IMG/VR virus record: IMGVR_UViG_3300008227_000003
Location: 149 to 64,148 of that record
Direction: 5' to 3' (one strand)
Source of the DNA: a virus
DNA length: 64,000 nucleotides
Part shown: positions 56,213 to 64,000 of the stretch, one piece after another
How the letters are laid out: each line of letters begins with the position of its first letter
Position numbering within the stretch: position 1 is the stretch's first letter
The notes under the pieces: model-generated
What the model was told of the DNA's origin: nothing
Seen by the model: only the letters and a program-made list of their open reading frames with translations
Database searches by the model: none
Translations under genes and position numbers: made by a program

Positions 56213-57769
56213 ATGGCTAGAGCATCAAACAAAAATATAAAAACTGCTAACACGGAAACAGAATACACCTCCGAAACGATAGAAGAGTTGAAACGGTGTG
56301 TGTCGGATCCTGTGTACTTCATCGAGAATTATGTAAAGATTCAACATCCAACGCGTGGATCGGTTCCTTTTGAGATGTACGAATATCAAAAGGATATGGT
56401 CCGAGCGTATCACGAAGAACGATATACTGTGGTTCTCTCGGCAAGACAGACAGGGAAATCTATAACATCCGCAGCTTTCTTGTTGTGGTATGCTATGTTC
56501 AATTTCGATAAAACCATCTTAATCGCAGCTAACAAAAACGCAAACGCGATGGAGATGATTTTCAGGATACGATTTGCATACGAAAATCTGCCTCATTGGT
56601 TAAAGCCAGGGGTGCAGGAAGATGGATGGAACAAACACAACATCGGATTCGATAACGGTTCTCGTATCATATCTTCAGCAACATCACCAGATTCCGGACG
56701 GGGCATGTCAATCTCATTGTTATTCTTGGATGAGTTTGCTTTTGTGCAAGCTGGCATTCAGGATGAATTTTGGACTGCTATCGCACCAACACTATCTACT
56801 GGTGGTTCCTGTATAATGACATCAACGCCAAATGGGGATATGAACATTTACGCTCAAATATGGCGAGGCGCGTTAGTTGGAGCGAATGGATTTAAACCCA
56901 TACACGTGACGTGGGATGAACCTCCTGGGCGTGATGGCAAATTCAAAGAAGATGAGATCGGTCGAATTGGTGAAAGACGGTGGATGCAGGAGTATGAGTG
57001 CGTATTCTTATCATCGGACGCATTGTTAATCAATTCACTATTCTTAACAAACCTATCACAAATCGTTGAAAAGATTAGACCAATAAAAACAATCAAGGAT
57101 GTTGTGTTTTGGGATAATGTCAAAGCCGGTGAAACGTATTTGGTTGGGGTGGATCCAGCCACCGGTAATGGGGAAGATTTTAGTGTGATTACAGTATTCC
57201 ACTTTCCGTCCCTGGTACAGGTAGCCGAATACAGATCCAACACAATGTCAACCAATGACTTATATGGCATCTTGAAGAATATGTTGCTGTATTTGGAAAA
57301 GCAAGAAACGACCACATATTTCTCAATCGAAAACAATGGTGTGGGAGAGGGTGTCATCTCTCTATACGAAGCTGACGAAAAACCACCAACAGGTGCTGAG
57401 TTTGTTAGTGAAGAGGGTAAAAACAAACGTGGAATGACTACAACATCGCGAACTAAAATGCGAGCGTGTGTCAACCTGAAAGAAATGTTGGAGAAAAACA
57501 ACTTGCATGTTAAGTCTCGCATGTTGTTAGCTGAATTGAAATCATACGTACGTACACGAGGTGCTTACGCTGCACAATTGGGTTCAACAGATGATGCAAT
57601 ATCAGCTGTTCTTATTATAATCAGATTGGTGGAAGAAATTGCATCGTATGATCAACTTGCTTTCGATAAATTGTATACAGCCGAATACGATGAATGGAGT
57701 CAGGATGATTATGATGGGTATGAAGGTGGGTACGATGAGAATGACGAAGGTATGCCGATGTTGATGTAA
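56213..57769 (+). CDS. gp17: Terminase large subunit gp17
   Basis: SARQTGKS, RGMSISLLFLDEFAF, TSTPNG, QEYEC, GVDPATG, IENN, DDAI; no intein or intron. Confidence 0.97.
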   Translation: MARASNKNIKTANTETEYTSETIEELKRCVSDPVYFIENYVKIQHPTRGSVPFEMYEYQKDMVRAYHEERYTVVLSARQTGKSITSAAFLLWYAMFNFDKTILIAANKNANAMEMIFRIRFAYENLPHWLKPGVQEDGWNKHNIGFDNGSRIISSATSPDSGRGMSISLLFLDEFAFVQAGIQDEFWTAIAPTLSTGGSCIMTSTPNGDMNIYAQIWRGALVGANGFKPIHVTWDEPPGRDGKFKEDEIGRIGERRWMQEYECVFLSSDALLINSLFLTNLSQIVEKIRPIKTIKDVVFWDNVKAGETYLVGVDPATGNGEDFSVITVFHFPSLVQVAEYRSNTMSTNDLYGILKNMLLYLEKQETTTYFSIENNGVGEGVISLYEADEKPPTGAEFVSEEGKNKRGMTTTSRTKMRACVNLKEMLEKNNLHVKSRMLLAELKSYVRTRGAYAAQLGSTDDAISAVLIIIRLVEEIASYDQLAFDKLYTAEYDEWSQDDYDGYEGGYDENDEGMPMLM

Positions 57770-57796
57770 CGATATGTTCCTAGTATCGTAGGTGCG

Positions 57797-58072
57797 ATGA
57801 ATGAATTAATACAATCCATCTTACAAATGGAAATCACACTCGATGTTATATCCCAAACGGTTATAATGTGTACCGGTATAGTTGCCGCTTGGCTCAGCCA
57901 AGATCATCGATATCACCATAGAAAGTATGCCTGCTTAATAGCGTTAGTGGGACAACCATTTTGGTGGTACTCAACATTCATAGCAAGCCAATGGGGAATT
58001 TTTGCTATGAGTATTTTTTATACCGTTGCCTGGATGAAAGGCACTTACAATTACTGGATCAAAAAAAGATGA
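57797..58072 (+). CDS. Small 3-TM membrane protein (PnuC/SemiSWEET-like by eye)
   Basis: Three hydrophobic segments; ACLIALVGQPFWWYSTF..QWGIF. Confidence 0.6.
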   Translation: MNELIQSILQMEITLDVISQTVIMCTGIVAAWLSQDHRYHHRKYACLIALVGQPFWWYSTFIASQWGIFAMSIFYTVAWMKGTYNYWIKKR

Positions 58073-59181
58073 TAGATTTAAAACACAACTTCATTACCTG
58101 GTTTTATGGTGAAATTCAACACGAACTTCCTGTATACCAAACAATGCGGACGACGTTTGAGAATTCCCCTTGGCATCGGGAAAAGTCGGTTGCTATTCAC
58201 ACAAACATGGTAGTCGCTCACTACATCGGCTCTATTTATAAAACAGAATGGGATCGTGATGATGTGGCACGTGCGATAGCTTTAGCGTTCCATGATGTCG
58301 GAAAACCAACCGCGAAAGTTGAAAAATTCTCAGAAGAACGTGGAAAATATCACAGATTCTCAGGACATGAGTTGATATCAGCTCGTTTGTGGGAGGATTA
58401 CGCTGCTAGCAAATGGACTCGCCTTGTTGAGCTTTTTGGTTTGGAACCTCGTCACATATACAAAATTGGGTGGATGATTGAATATCATAAACCTTGGGAT
58501 ATCAAAAATCCAACAAAGTTGAAAAAAATAGCACAAACCATAAATGAATTGACGTGGGCTGATGCATTTGGTGAGTTGATTATGGCGGATACGAGGGGAC
58601 GGATACAGGACGATAGACCAGCAAGCATCTCACAAGCTACACGGTGGATCAACAGCATGGTAGCGCTAGCTGGCGATTCAGCTCAAATAATACACGAATC
58701 AGATCCAAGCAAACCAGTTCTAACAATGTTGATTGGTGCGTCTGGATCCGGAAAATCAACATGGACAAAAAACAATAAAAAACAGAGCAACGTTTTCTCG
58801 TTTGATGCGTTACGTCATGATTGGTATGATTCAGAAAACTATGCCAAAGCGTACGAATTGTCGTGTGATGACAAACAATTTAATTCCAAAACACAAGCCG
58901 AGTTTATGCGGTTAATTAAAACTGGTAACGACCTGATTGTTGACAACACGAACATTGGTAACAAACGTAGAAACTTCTTCATCACCGAAGCCCGCAAAAA
59001 AGGCTATACCATACGTGCCGTGTTATTCCCAGTTTCTTGTGCTGATGTGGTATCAAGACAAGATTCGCGTGGTGATAAACAGGTACCATATACAGCTGTC
59101 GTGGATCAATACATGAAGATTCAGTATCCACTATATGGTGATTATGATGTGATTGATGTGTGTGGTGACAATCTACCATAA
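58069..59181 (+). CDS. HD-domain + P-loop polynucleotide kinase (HD-Pnk-like end-healing enzyme)
   Basis: WHRE..HT..AFHDVGKP..FSGHE; GASGSGKST; SFDALR; IVDNTN; start ATG 58069 (ATGA overlap). Confidence 0.8.
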   Translation: MIDLKHNFITWFYGEIQHELPVYQTMRTTFENSPWHREKSVAIHTNMVVAHYIGSIYKTEWDRDDVARAIALAFHDVGKPTAKVEKFSEERGKYHRFSGHELISARLWEDYAASKWTRLVELFGLEPRHIYKIGWMIEYHKPWDIKNPTKLKKIAQTINELTWADAFGELIMADTRGRIQDDRPASISQATRWINSMVALAGDSAQIIHESDPSKPVLTMLIGASGSGKSTWTKNNKKQSNVFSFDALRHDWYDSENYAKAYELSCDDKQFNSKTQAEFMRLIKTGNDLIVDNTNIGNKRRNFFITEARKKGYTIRAVLFPVSCADVVSRQDSRGDKQVPYTAVVDQYMKIQYPLYGDYDVIDVCGDNLP

Positions 59182-59184
59182 ATA
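59177..59184 (+). promoter_or_regulatory. Late promoter CATAAATA, 5 nt before ATG 59190
   Basis: Overlaps upstream stop. Confidence 0.65.
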
Positions 59185-59189
59185 GGTGG

Positions 59190-59762
59190 ATGAAAAACAA
59201 TAAATTAAACCTAATACGTGGTGCACGTATCTTTCAGCAAATGGAGCGGATCGAGCAATTGGTCGAAGCTCCGTATGTTGAATTGGAACAGAAAACGATG
59301 CAGTTCACTCCGTCCACAACAAAGCGTCAATACGCTATGGACACTATACGTGTTACTAGCATGGAGCTTATCCCAGCAGAGGAAAGCCAAACTCTATCAG
59401 TTAGGTCTACTGTTAATAGTGATGGAACAAACTACACAACCACGATACAATTCGATGGTGTTGAGTTTCATGAAGATGACCAAGCTGCAAACGTATCATT
59501 CAAAGCTGTTGGAGGTGGTGAATCCCACATATCACCAATAATGCTTCAGCGCTCAAACTGTAAAGTTAGCTGTGATTGTTTGGATTTTTATTGGCGTTTC
59601 GCCACACAAAACGCAAAAGTCGATAGTCTGGATGGTAAAGCCCCACCCCCATACCACAAACGCACCAGCAGACCTCCGGCAAATATAAAAAATACCCCAG
59701 GTGTGTGCAAACACCTAATGAAAACAGTGGTGGCATTGCGAGACGCGCATCTGGTGCGTTAA
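59190..59762 (+). CDS. SWIM-type zinc-finger protein (190 aa)
   Basis: VSCDCLDFYWRF...GVCKHL (CxC..CxH). Confidence 0.75.
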   Translation: MKNNKLNLIRGARIFQQMERIEQLVEAPYVELEQKTMQFTPSTTKRQYAMDTIRVTSMELIPAEESQTLSVRSTVNSDGTNYTTTIQFDGVEFHEDDQAANVSFKAVGGGESHISPIMLQRSNCKVSCDCLDFYWRFATQNAKVDSLDGKAPPPYHKRTSRPPANIKNTPGVCKHLMKTVVALRDAHLVR

Positions 59763-60037
59763 CACCTCTTTGTTTTTCCGTCTTTTAGTTCTACAGCCAC
59801 ATCCAAGTCATGCACCAACACACCCAGTGATTCAGACGATAGCTTCTGTTTGGGTGTGTTATCGTTCGTATTATCGTTGTTAACACCCCATCGTTGCTCG
59901 TTCCTTATCCAACATCTCCTGTACTTTCGTTTGTTGCATTCCTGTTGTGAAATATTATTTATAGTAAAACACACCACATCATAAATAGTGGGTACGCGCA
60001 TATGTGTTTAAGGGACAAATCTGATGGTAGATTTCAC

Positions 60038-60045
60038 CATAAATA
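60038..60045 (+). promoter_or_regulatory. Late promoter CATAAATA (second copy at 59980-59987; minus-strand TATAAATA at 59956-59963)
   Basis: Intergenic cluster of three boxes. Confidence 0.65.
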
Positions 60046-60092
60046 CCGCATGTGTCTAACACAACTAGTATAATTTTAAAGGAATAATACAC

Positions 60093-61802
60093 ATGGCTAT
60101 AGTAGCAGGCGATTGGGAAGTAACTCGATCAACAGGTAACATTAGATATATTGGGGGTAACCATGTTACTTCACCAACGTATGCGACGGTTATTGAATTT
60201 CATAGATGGTTGCAAGATTTAGCGGATGACGCTTCATCTGTGGGTGATGACGAGGTTGATATCACCGACGAACTACCATCAGCAAGATCAACTGACAACA
60301 TTATCAAATTGTTGGGGTTGTATAATTTAGATGACACATCTGCCGAACATTTATATGATGGTTCCATCATTCAGGGTACTGGTGGTACTGAGGTCATTTA
60401 TGATGGTATCGTAAACTTTGGTAACGCTGATGTACAGATTCAAGTTATCCAGGATGGTGCTGTTATGGTATCCGATTATTGGAACCAGGGTGGTGTTGGT
60501 ATCAATGCTGATGCAGCTCAGGGGATTTCGCATAGATGGATGATTAAAACTCGTTCTGCTGGTACCGATATCGACGGTCGTAGATTGATTGGTACAACTC
60601 GTTCGTTTGGTAATACGTATGGTGAGTTCTCGATCAACGGTACTTCACGTGGTAATAACGTATTCGCGTTGGTTGATGCAAACGATTTAAACAATGAAAC
60701 GATAGAAGGTACTGTTTCAGGGTGGACAACGATTGACAACACAACCGAGGGGTTCGTCGAACTTGATATTAATGGTAACAGTGTCACTGAAGACTATTAC
60801 TCTGAGTGGAACAAAGCGGCTCACACAATCAATGAATTCTACGAAAGAATGAAGTGGCTAACACGTGATGGTTCTGTTTCAACACTATATGGGTTGAATG
60901 GTGAATTGTTCCGTGGTATTACTCACGAAATTGACATTGACACACCAACAGGCACATTCGCAGCGTTTGAAGCTGTTAGTTGGACTGGTGGTACAGGTCA
61001 AATGTTGGCTATTGATAGCACAACGGTTGGTACTAAGATGTGGATTCAGTTGTTAACAGGTATAGCACCAACGGATGGTCAAATCATCACCGGTGTATCA
61101 ACTGCAACTGCAACTGTTAATATTACTGTTGTGGATCGTTCTGCTTTGATTAGTAAGCCTTTCATCGGAGCGTCAACAGGTTCTGCTATCATTGGTGCTT
61201 ATGGTGTTGGTATGGAAACTACTGATGTAGTTGCTACCGATAAATTATTTGATCTAACAAATGCACAACAAACACCTCCAAACAACGTAACATTTACTGT
61301 TGCTGGATTAGTAAACACCGAAGATAGAGTTTTAGTTGCTCCTTGGGATGGTGTTTCTACTGATAACGAAGGTAACCCCGCTATCGATATATCACAATTG
61401 ACAACAACGGCAAGTATTATCAGTGGTGCTGCGGTAACGTCTATTGTGGTTACTACAGCAATTCCATCGGATACACCAGCTACTGGTGACATTAGGGTGT
61501 TGTTAGCTTCGGGTAAATACCGCGAGGTTGCTTACACGTCGTGGACTGGTTCTACGTTTACTATCGGATCTACAGATTTTAGTGGTGATCAAGTTGATGC
61601 TAGTTCGAATTTGTGGATTGCGTATATCGATGTGTTAGCAACTGGAACAACAGCTGCTTTTACTGGTGTATACAACGTCGATCGTGACTTGGTTGTTATC
61701 GTGCGTGATGGTGGTGGAACTCCAATTAAGCAGTTTATATCTTCTGCTTCGTTTGTAAGTTCGAACTCATCGATTACTGCGATTAGAACGTCAGATGAGT
61801 AG
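60093..61802 (+). CDS. Virion structural protein (fibre/collar-associated, 569 aa)
   Basis: SD AAGGA, late promoter, T/G/D-rich beta character. Confidence 0.75.
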   Translation: MAIVAGDWEVTRSTGNIRYIGGNHVTSPTYATVIEFHRWLQDLADDASSVGDDEVDITDELPSARSTDNIIKLLGLYNLDDTSAEHLYDGSIIQGTGGTEVIYDGIVNFGNADVQIQVIQDGAVMVSDYWNQGGVGINADAAQGISHRWMIKTRSAGTDIDGRRLIGTTRSFGNTYGEFSINGTSRGNNVFALVDANDLNNETIEGTVSGWTTIDNTTEGFVELDINGNSVTEDYYSEWNKAAHTINEFYERMKWLTRDGSVSTLYGLNGELFRGITHEIDIDTPTGTFAAFEAVSWTGGTGQMLAIDSTTVGTKMWIQLLTGIAPTDGQIITGVSTATATVNITVVDRSALISKPFIGASTGSAIIGAYGVGMETTDVVATDKLFDLTNAQQTPPNNVTFTVAGLVNTEDRVLVAPWDGVSTDNEGNPAIDISQLTTTASIISGAAVTSIVVTTAIPSDTPATGDIRVLLASGKYREVAYTSWTGSTFTIGSTDFSGDQVDASSNLWIAYIDVLATGTTAAFTGVYNVDRDLVVIVRDGGGTPIKQFISSASFVSSNSSITAIRTSDE

Positions 61803-61916
61803 TTTGTCCTTCTGATACAAAACGCAAAATCGGTTGGAATTCGAATCCAACAACAAACACAAGAGTGGTGCATCGTGAAGGTGCACCATTTCTTCTAATA
61901 TTATGGGGGTCCCGAC

Positions 61917-63608
61917 GTGGGTATAGTAGTAACCAAACAAATTATTGATGTTAGTGTGGCAGATGCCACCACTGGTTGGACAGGTACATCGGGTCAGCTG
62001 GACACGGAGTCCTTTAAACAAGGAACGGGTGCATTCACGTACCAAACGGGAAAGAATGGTACGGGTAATGGGATTTTTACACCAGCTGTAAGTATCGATA
62101 TGACAGCAAATTACACCACACCACACTTATACTGGACTATGCGGTGTGACGTGTTCCCTTTTACGGAGTTGTTAAATACCGGAGCTACGAATTCGGGGCT
62201 TATGTTAAAGGTTACGGATGATGTGGGTGAATTCGTGCAGTGGCACGTTGCTGGATCTGATACCTGGGATGGTAGTTGGAAGAATTTCATCTTTGATTTG
62301 ACGAACACAGCAAACATACATTCAACATCGGTTGGCACATTAACGTTGAGTGCTGTTGAATCGATTGAGTGGATAACAGACAACTCCAACTCTGGTACCA
62401 TCCGTATTATCGATAATACTTGGTTGGACGCTGTGCGGTATGGAGAAGGATTGTTAGCTACTAGCGTAGCTCTGGACCCAGCATCAACCACGTTTAATTT
62501 CCAGGATATTGCCGATGTTGATAAATTGACTGCAAATTATTATGGTGTTATACAAGAAACGGATGGTGTGCTCTTCGTTCAAGGCACATTGCAAATCGGT
62601 AAGGACAATGCGTTTGATGGCCCTGTAACGAATTTTTTATCAGAGTCGGAGACGTTGGTGTTTTTGGATCGGGTGATATCAGATACGCACCACGCATTGA
62701 TATTTGAAAGCAGTGGGCTGTTGTTCTCCGAATCCAACGTTAGTGGCCTGGTGTGCAAAACTGTTGGGACAACTGGAGCAGAACTAAAAGATGTTACCGG
62801 AGGGGCAATGTCACTCAGCATAGACAGTTCAACGTTTATCAATATGGGGGACGTGTCGTTTACTAACGGCTCCACGTTAGTCGAATCGTCGAGATTTGAG
62901 AATTGTGGGTTGTTTACTCTTACCAACTCGGTGATGAGAACGTCAACGATGGCGGGGTGTGATACAGCAACGTTGGTAAGTTTTGGTGGTTTGGTTGAGT
63001 GTACTGTTATTGGTAGTGTCGGAACCGTTGCCGCTCTGTCGGTTACCGATCTCACCAAGGTAAATGCATGCGCGTTTACTAGCGATAACACGATACATGC
63101 AGTGGAATTGACCAGCATCGCAGATTCACCAATGGTATGGAATAGTACGTATGAAGCTGGATCCTACGCAGCTGCCGATGGGTCAGTTGGGAACGAAGCG
63201 ATATATGTGAATGTGATATCGGGTAGTCTCACGATCAACGTATCGGCGGGAGCCACAACACCATCAATTCGCACGGCTGGAGCCGTGGTAACGGTTGTCG
63301 TAAACCCCGTTACGTTGAAATTGGTGATCAAAGACACTGACAACAATTTAATAACAACATCGGATGTTAACGTTTTGGTTGAAGCCGCAGCAGGTGGACC
63401 ACTAGCTGTAGGAACAGATATAATAAAAGCGTTTTCCGATGCTAATGGTGAGGCTCAAGACACCCGAACATACACTGCGGATCAACCTATTGTTGGTTGG
63501 GCTAGAAAGAGTAGTGGTGCACCATATTACAAACAGAGTTCCATTAGTGGTACGATTGATTCAGCGAATGGGCTGACACTAACAATTTTAATGATTTCGG
63601 ATGAATAA
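61917..63608 (+). CDS. Virion structural protein with probable beta-helix (563 aa)
   Basis: GTG start; repeated short beta units in the middle; C-terminus similar to 60093..61802. Confidence 0.72.
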   Translation: MGIVVTKQIIDVSVADATTGWTGTSGQLDTESFKQGTGAFTYQTGKNGTGNGIFTPAVSIDMTANYTTPHLYWTMRCDVFPFTELLNTGATNSGLMLKVTDDVGEFVQWHVAGSDTWDGSWKNFIFDLTNTANIHSTSVGTLTLSAVESIEWITDNSNSGTIRIIDNTWLDAVRYGEGLLATSVALDPASTTFNFQDIADVDKLTANYYGVIQETDGVLFVQGTLQIGKDNAFDGPVTNFLSESETLVFLDRVISDTHHALIFESSGLLFSESNVSGLVCKTVGTTGAELKDVTGGAMSLSIDSSTFINMGDVSFTNGSTLVESSRFENCGLFTLTNSVMRTSTMAGCDTATLVSFGGLVECTVIGSVGTVAALSVTDLTKVNACAFTSDNTIHAVELTSIADSPMVWNSTYEAGSYAAADGSVGNEAIYVNVISGSLTINVSAGATTPSIRTAGAVVTVVVNPVTLKLVIKDTDNNLITTSDVNVLVEAAAGGPLAVGTDIIKAFSDANGEAQDTRTYTADQPIVGWARKSSGAPYYKQSSISGTIDSANGLTLTILMISDE

Positions 63609-63611
63609 TAT

Positions 63612-63812
63612 ATGAGTACAGGACAAGAAGACGCTATACGCAAGAATGTTATAGCAATAAAGGACCATTCGGAAACAACTCGTGCGATGTATCGTGAGTT
63701 GGAAACCCAATACGAAACGAGAATTGGTGCATTGGAAAACCAAATCAAATTACACACAACACAATTACAAGCATTGCAGGTTAAACTGTTCTCTGGTGGG
63801 GCAACTGGATAA
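63612..63812 (+). CDS. Small coiled-coil protein (66 aa)
   Basis: YRELETQYETRIGALENQIK..LQALQ heptads; coupled to neighbours. Confidence 0.65.
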   Translation: MSTGQEDAIRKNVIAIKDHSETTRAMYRELETQYETRIGALENQIKLHTTQLQALQVKLFSGGATG

Positions 63813-64000
63813 TGACGATATTAACAAGAGCTGATAAAGGTGCCGCACTAACACACGCCGAGCTGGATGAAAACTTCACCGATTTGCGTGATGGTGTTAA
63901 TTTAGCTATACCAAAAACGATGAATTCGGGGATTAAGGTTGACTCATTGGGAACACCAACATATCCTTGGCACGATATTATTGGCCATATGTCTACATAT
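63812..64000 (+). CDS. Tail-fibre-like protein, N-terminal fragment (runs off window)
   Basis: TAATG overlap; MTILTRADKGAALTHAELDENFTDL, a LTxxExDxNF fibre-head motif. Confidence 0.65.
   Translation, partial: MTILTRADKGAALTHAELDENFTDLRDGVNLAIPKTMNSGIKVDSLGTPTYPWHDIIGHMSTY

Noticed and set aside
56213-57769. Intein or intron in terminase (also checked portal, gp46, helicase, MCP)
   Set aside because: Lengths are ordinary, motifs collinear, no C...HN splice motifs or frame breaks
61830-61852. TTCGAAT resembling a tRNA T-loop
   Set aside because: Two extra As break the 5-bp T stem and no acceptor, D or anticodon arm fits
202-63757. About 150 short ORFs in the track overlapping long genes (e.g. 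20759..21511+, 52755..53531-, 56854..57522-, 34644..35201-)
   Set aside because: Antisense or off-frame shadows of motif-supported genes; no SD, promoter or recognisable motif
1-64000. Stop-codon reassignment, as in some jumbo phages
   Set aside because: Core genes are full length in code 11 and TAA, TGA and TAG all terminate conserved genes at expected positions
1-64000. CRISPR array, tRNA, tmRNA, integrase or transposase
   Set aside because: No regularly spaced direct repeats, cloverleaf, CCA-type end or recombinase motif was seen

Overview
Virion-morphogenesis and late-gene core of a large T4-related (probably jumbo) lytic myovirus, standard genetic code. Bases 1-22750 (minus strand) carry an oversized baseplate module: two unnamed structural genes, a ~3035-aa protein, gp6, gp25, gp5-like spike, hub fused to a lytic transglycosylase, LysM/gp53-like and tube-initiator genes. 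Bases 22843-31259 (plus) carry the gp55 late sigma factor, a GIY-YIG homing endonuclease (antisense), gp47/gp46, a RuvC-like resolvase, an FmdB zinc ribbon, an unexplained 550-bp non-coding stretch and a DinG-like Fe-S helicase. Bases 31312-64000 carry the gp26/gp51-like chaperone pair, tape measure, portal, core, protease, scaffold, major capsid, neck, sheath, tube, gp4, terminase, an HD-Pnk enzyme and fibre-like genes. About 28 T4-type late promoters (mostly CATAAATA) were found by eye. Best leads: a T-TTT-TTT -1 frameshift joining the gp26-like and gp51-like ORFs; apparently leaderless late transcripts for both terminase subunits, the resolvase and a SWIM protein; the 550-bp candidate ncRNA/origin; a three-copy array of putative capsid-packaged proteins; an early-promoter membrane-protein moron; and neck proteins carrying adhesin-like insertions. 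All family calls are by-eye motif recognition plus synteny; no searches were run.
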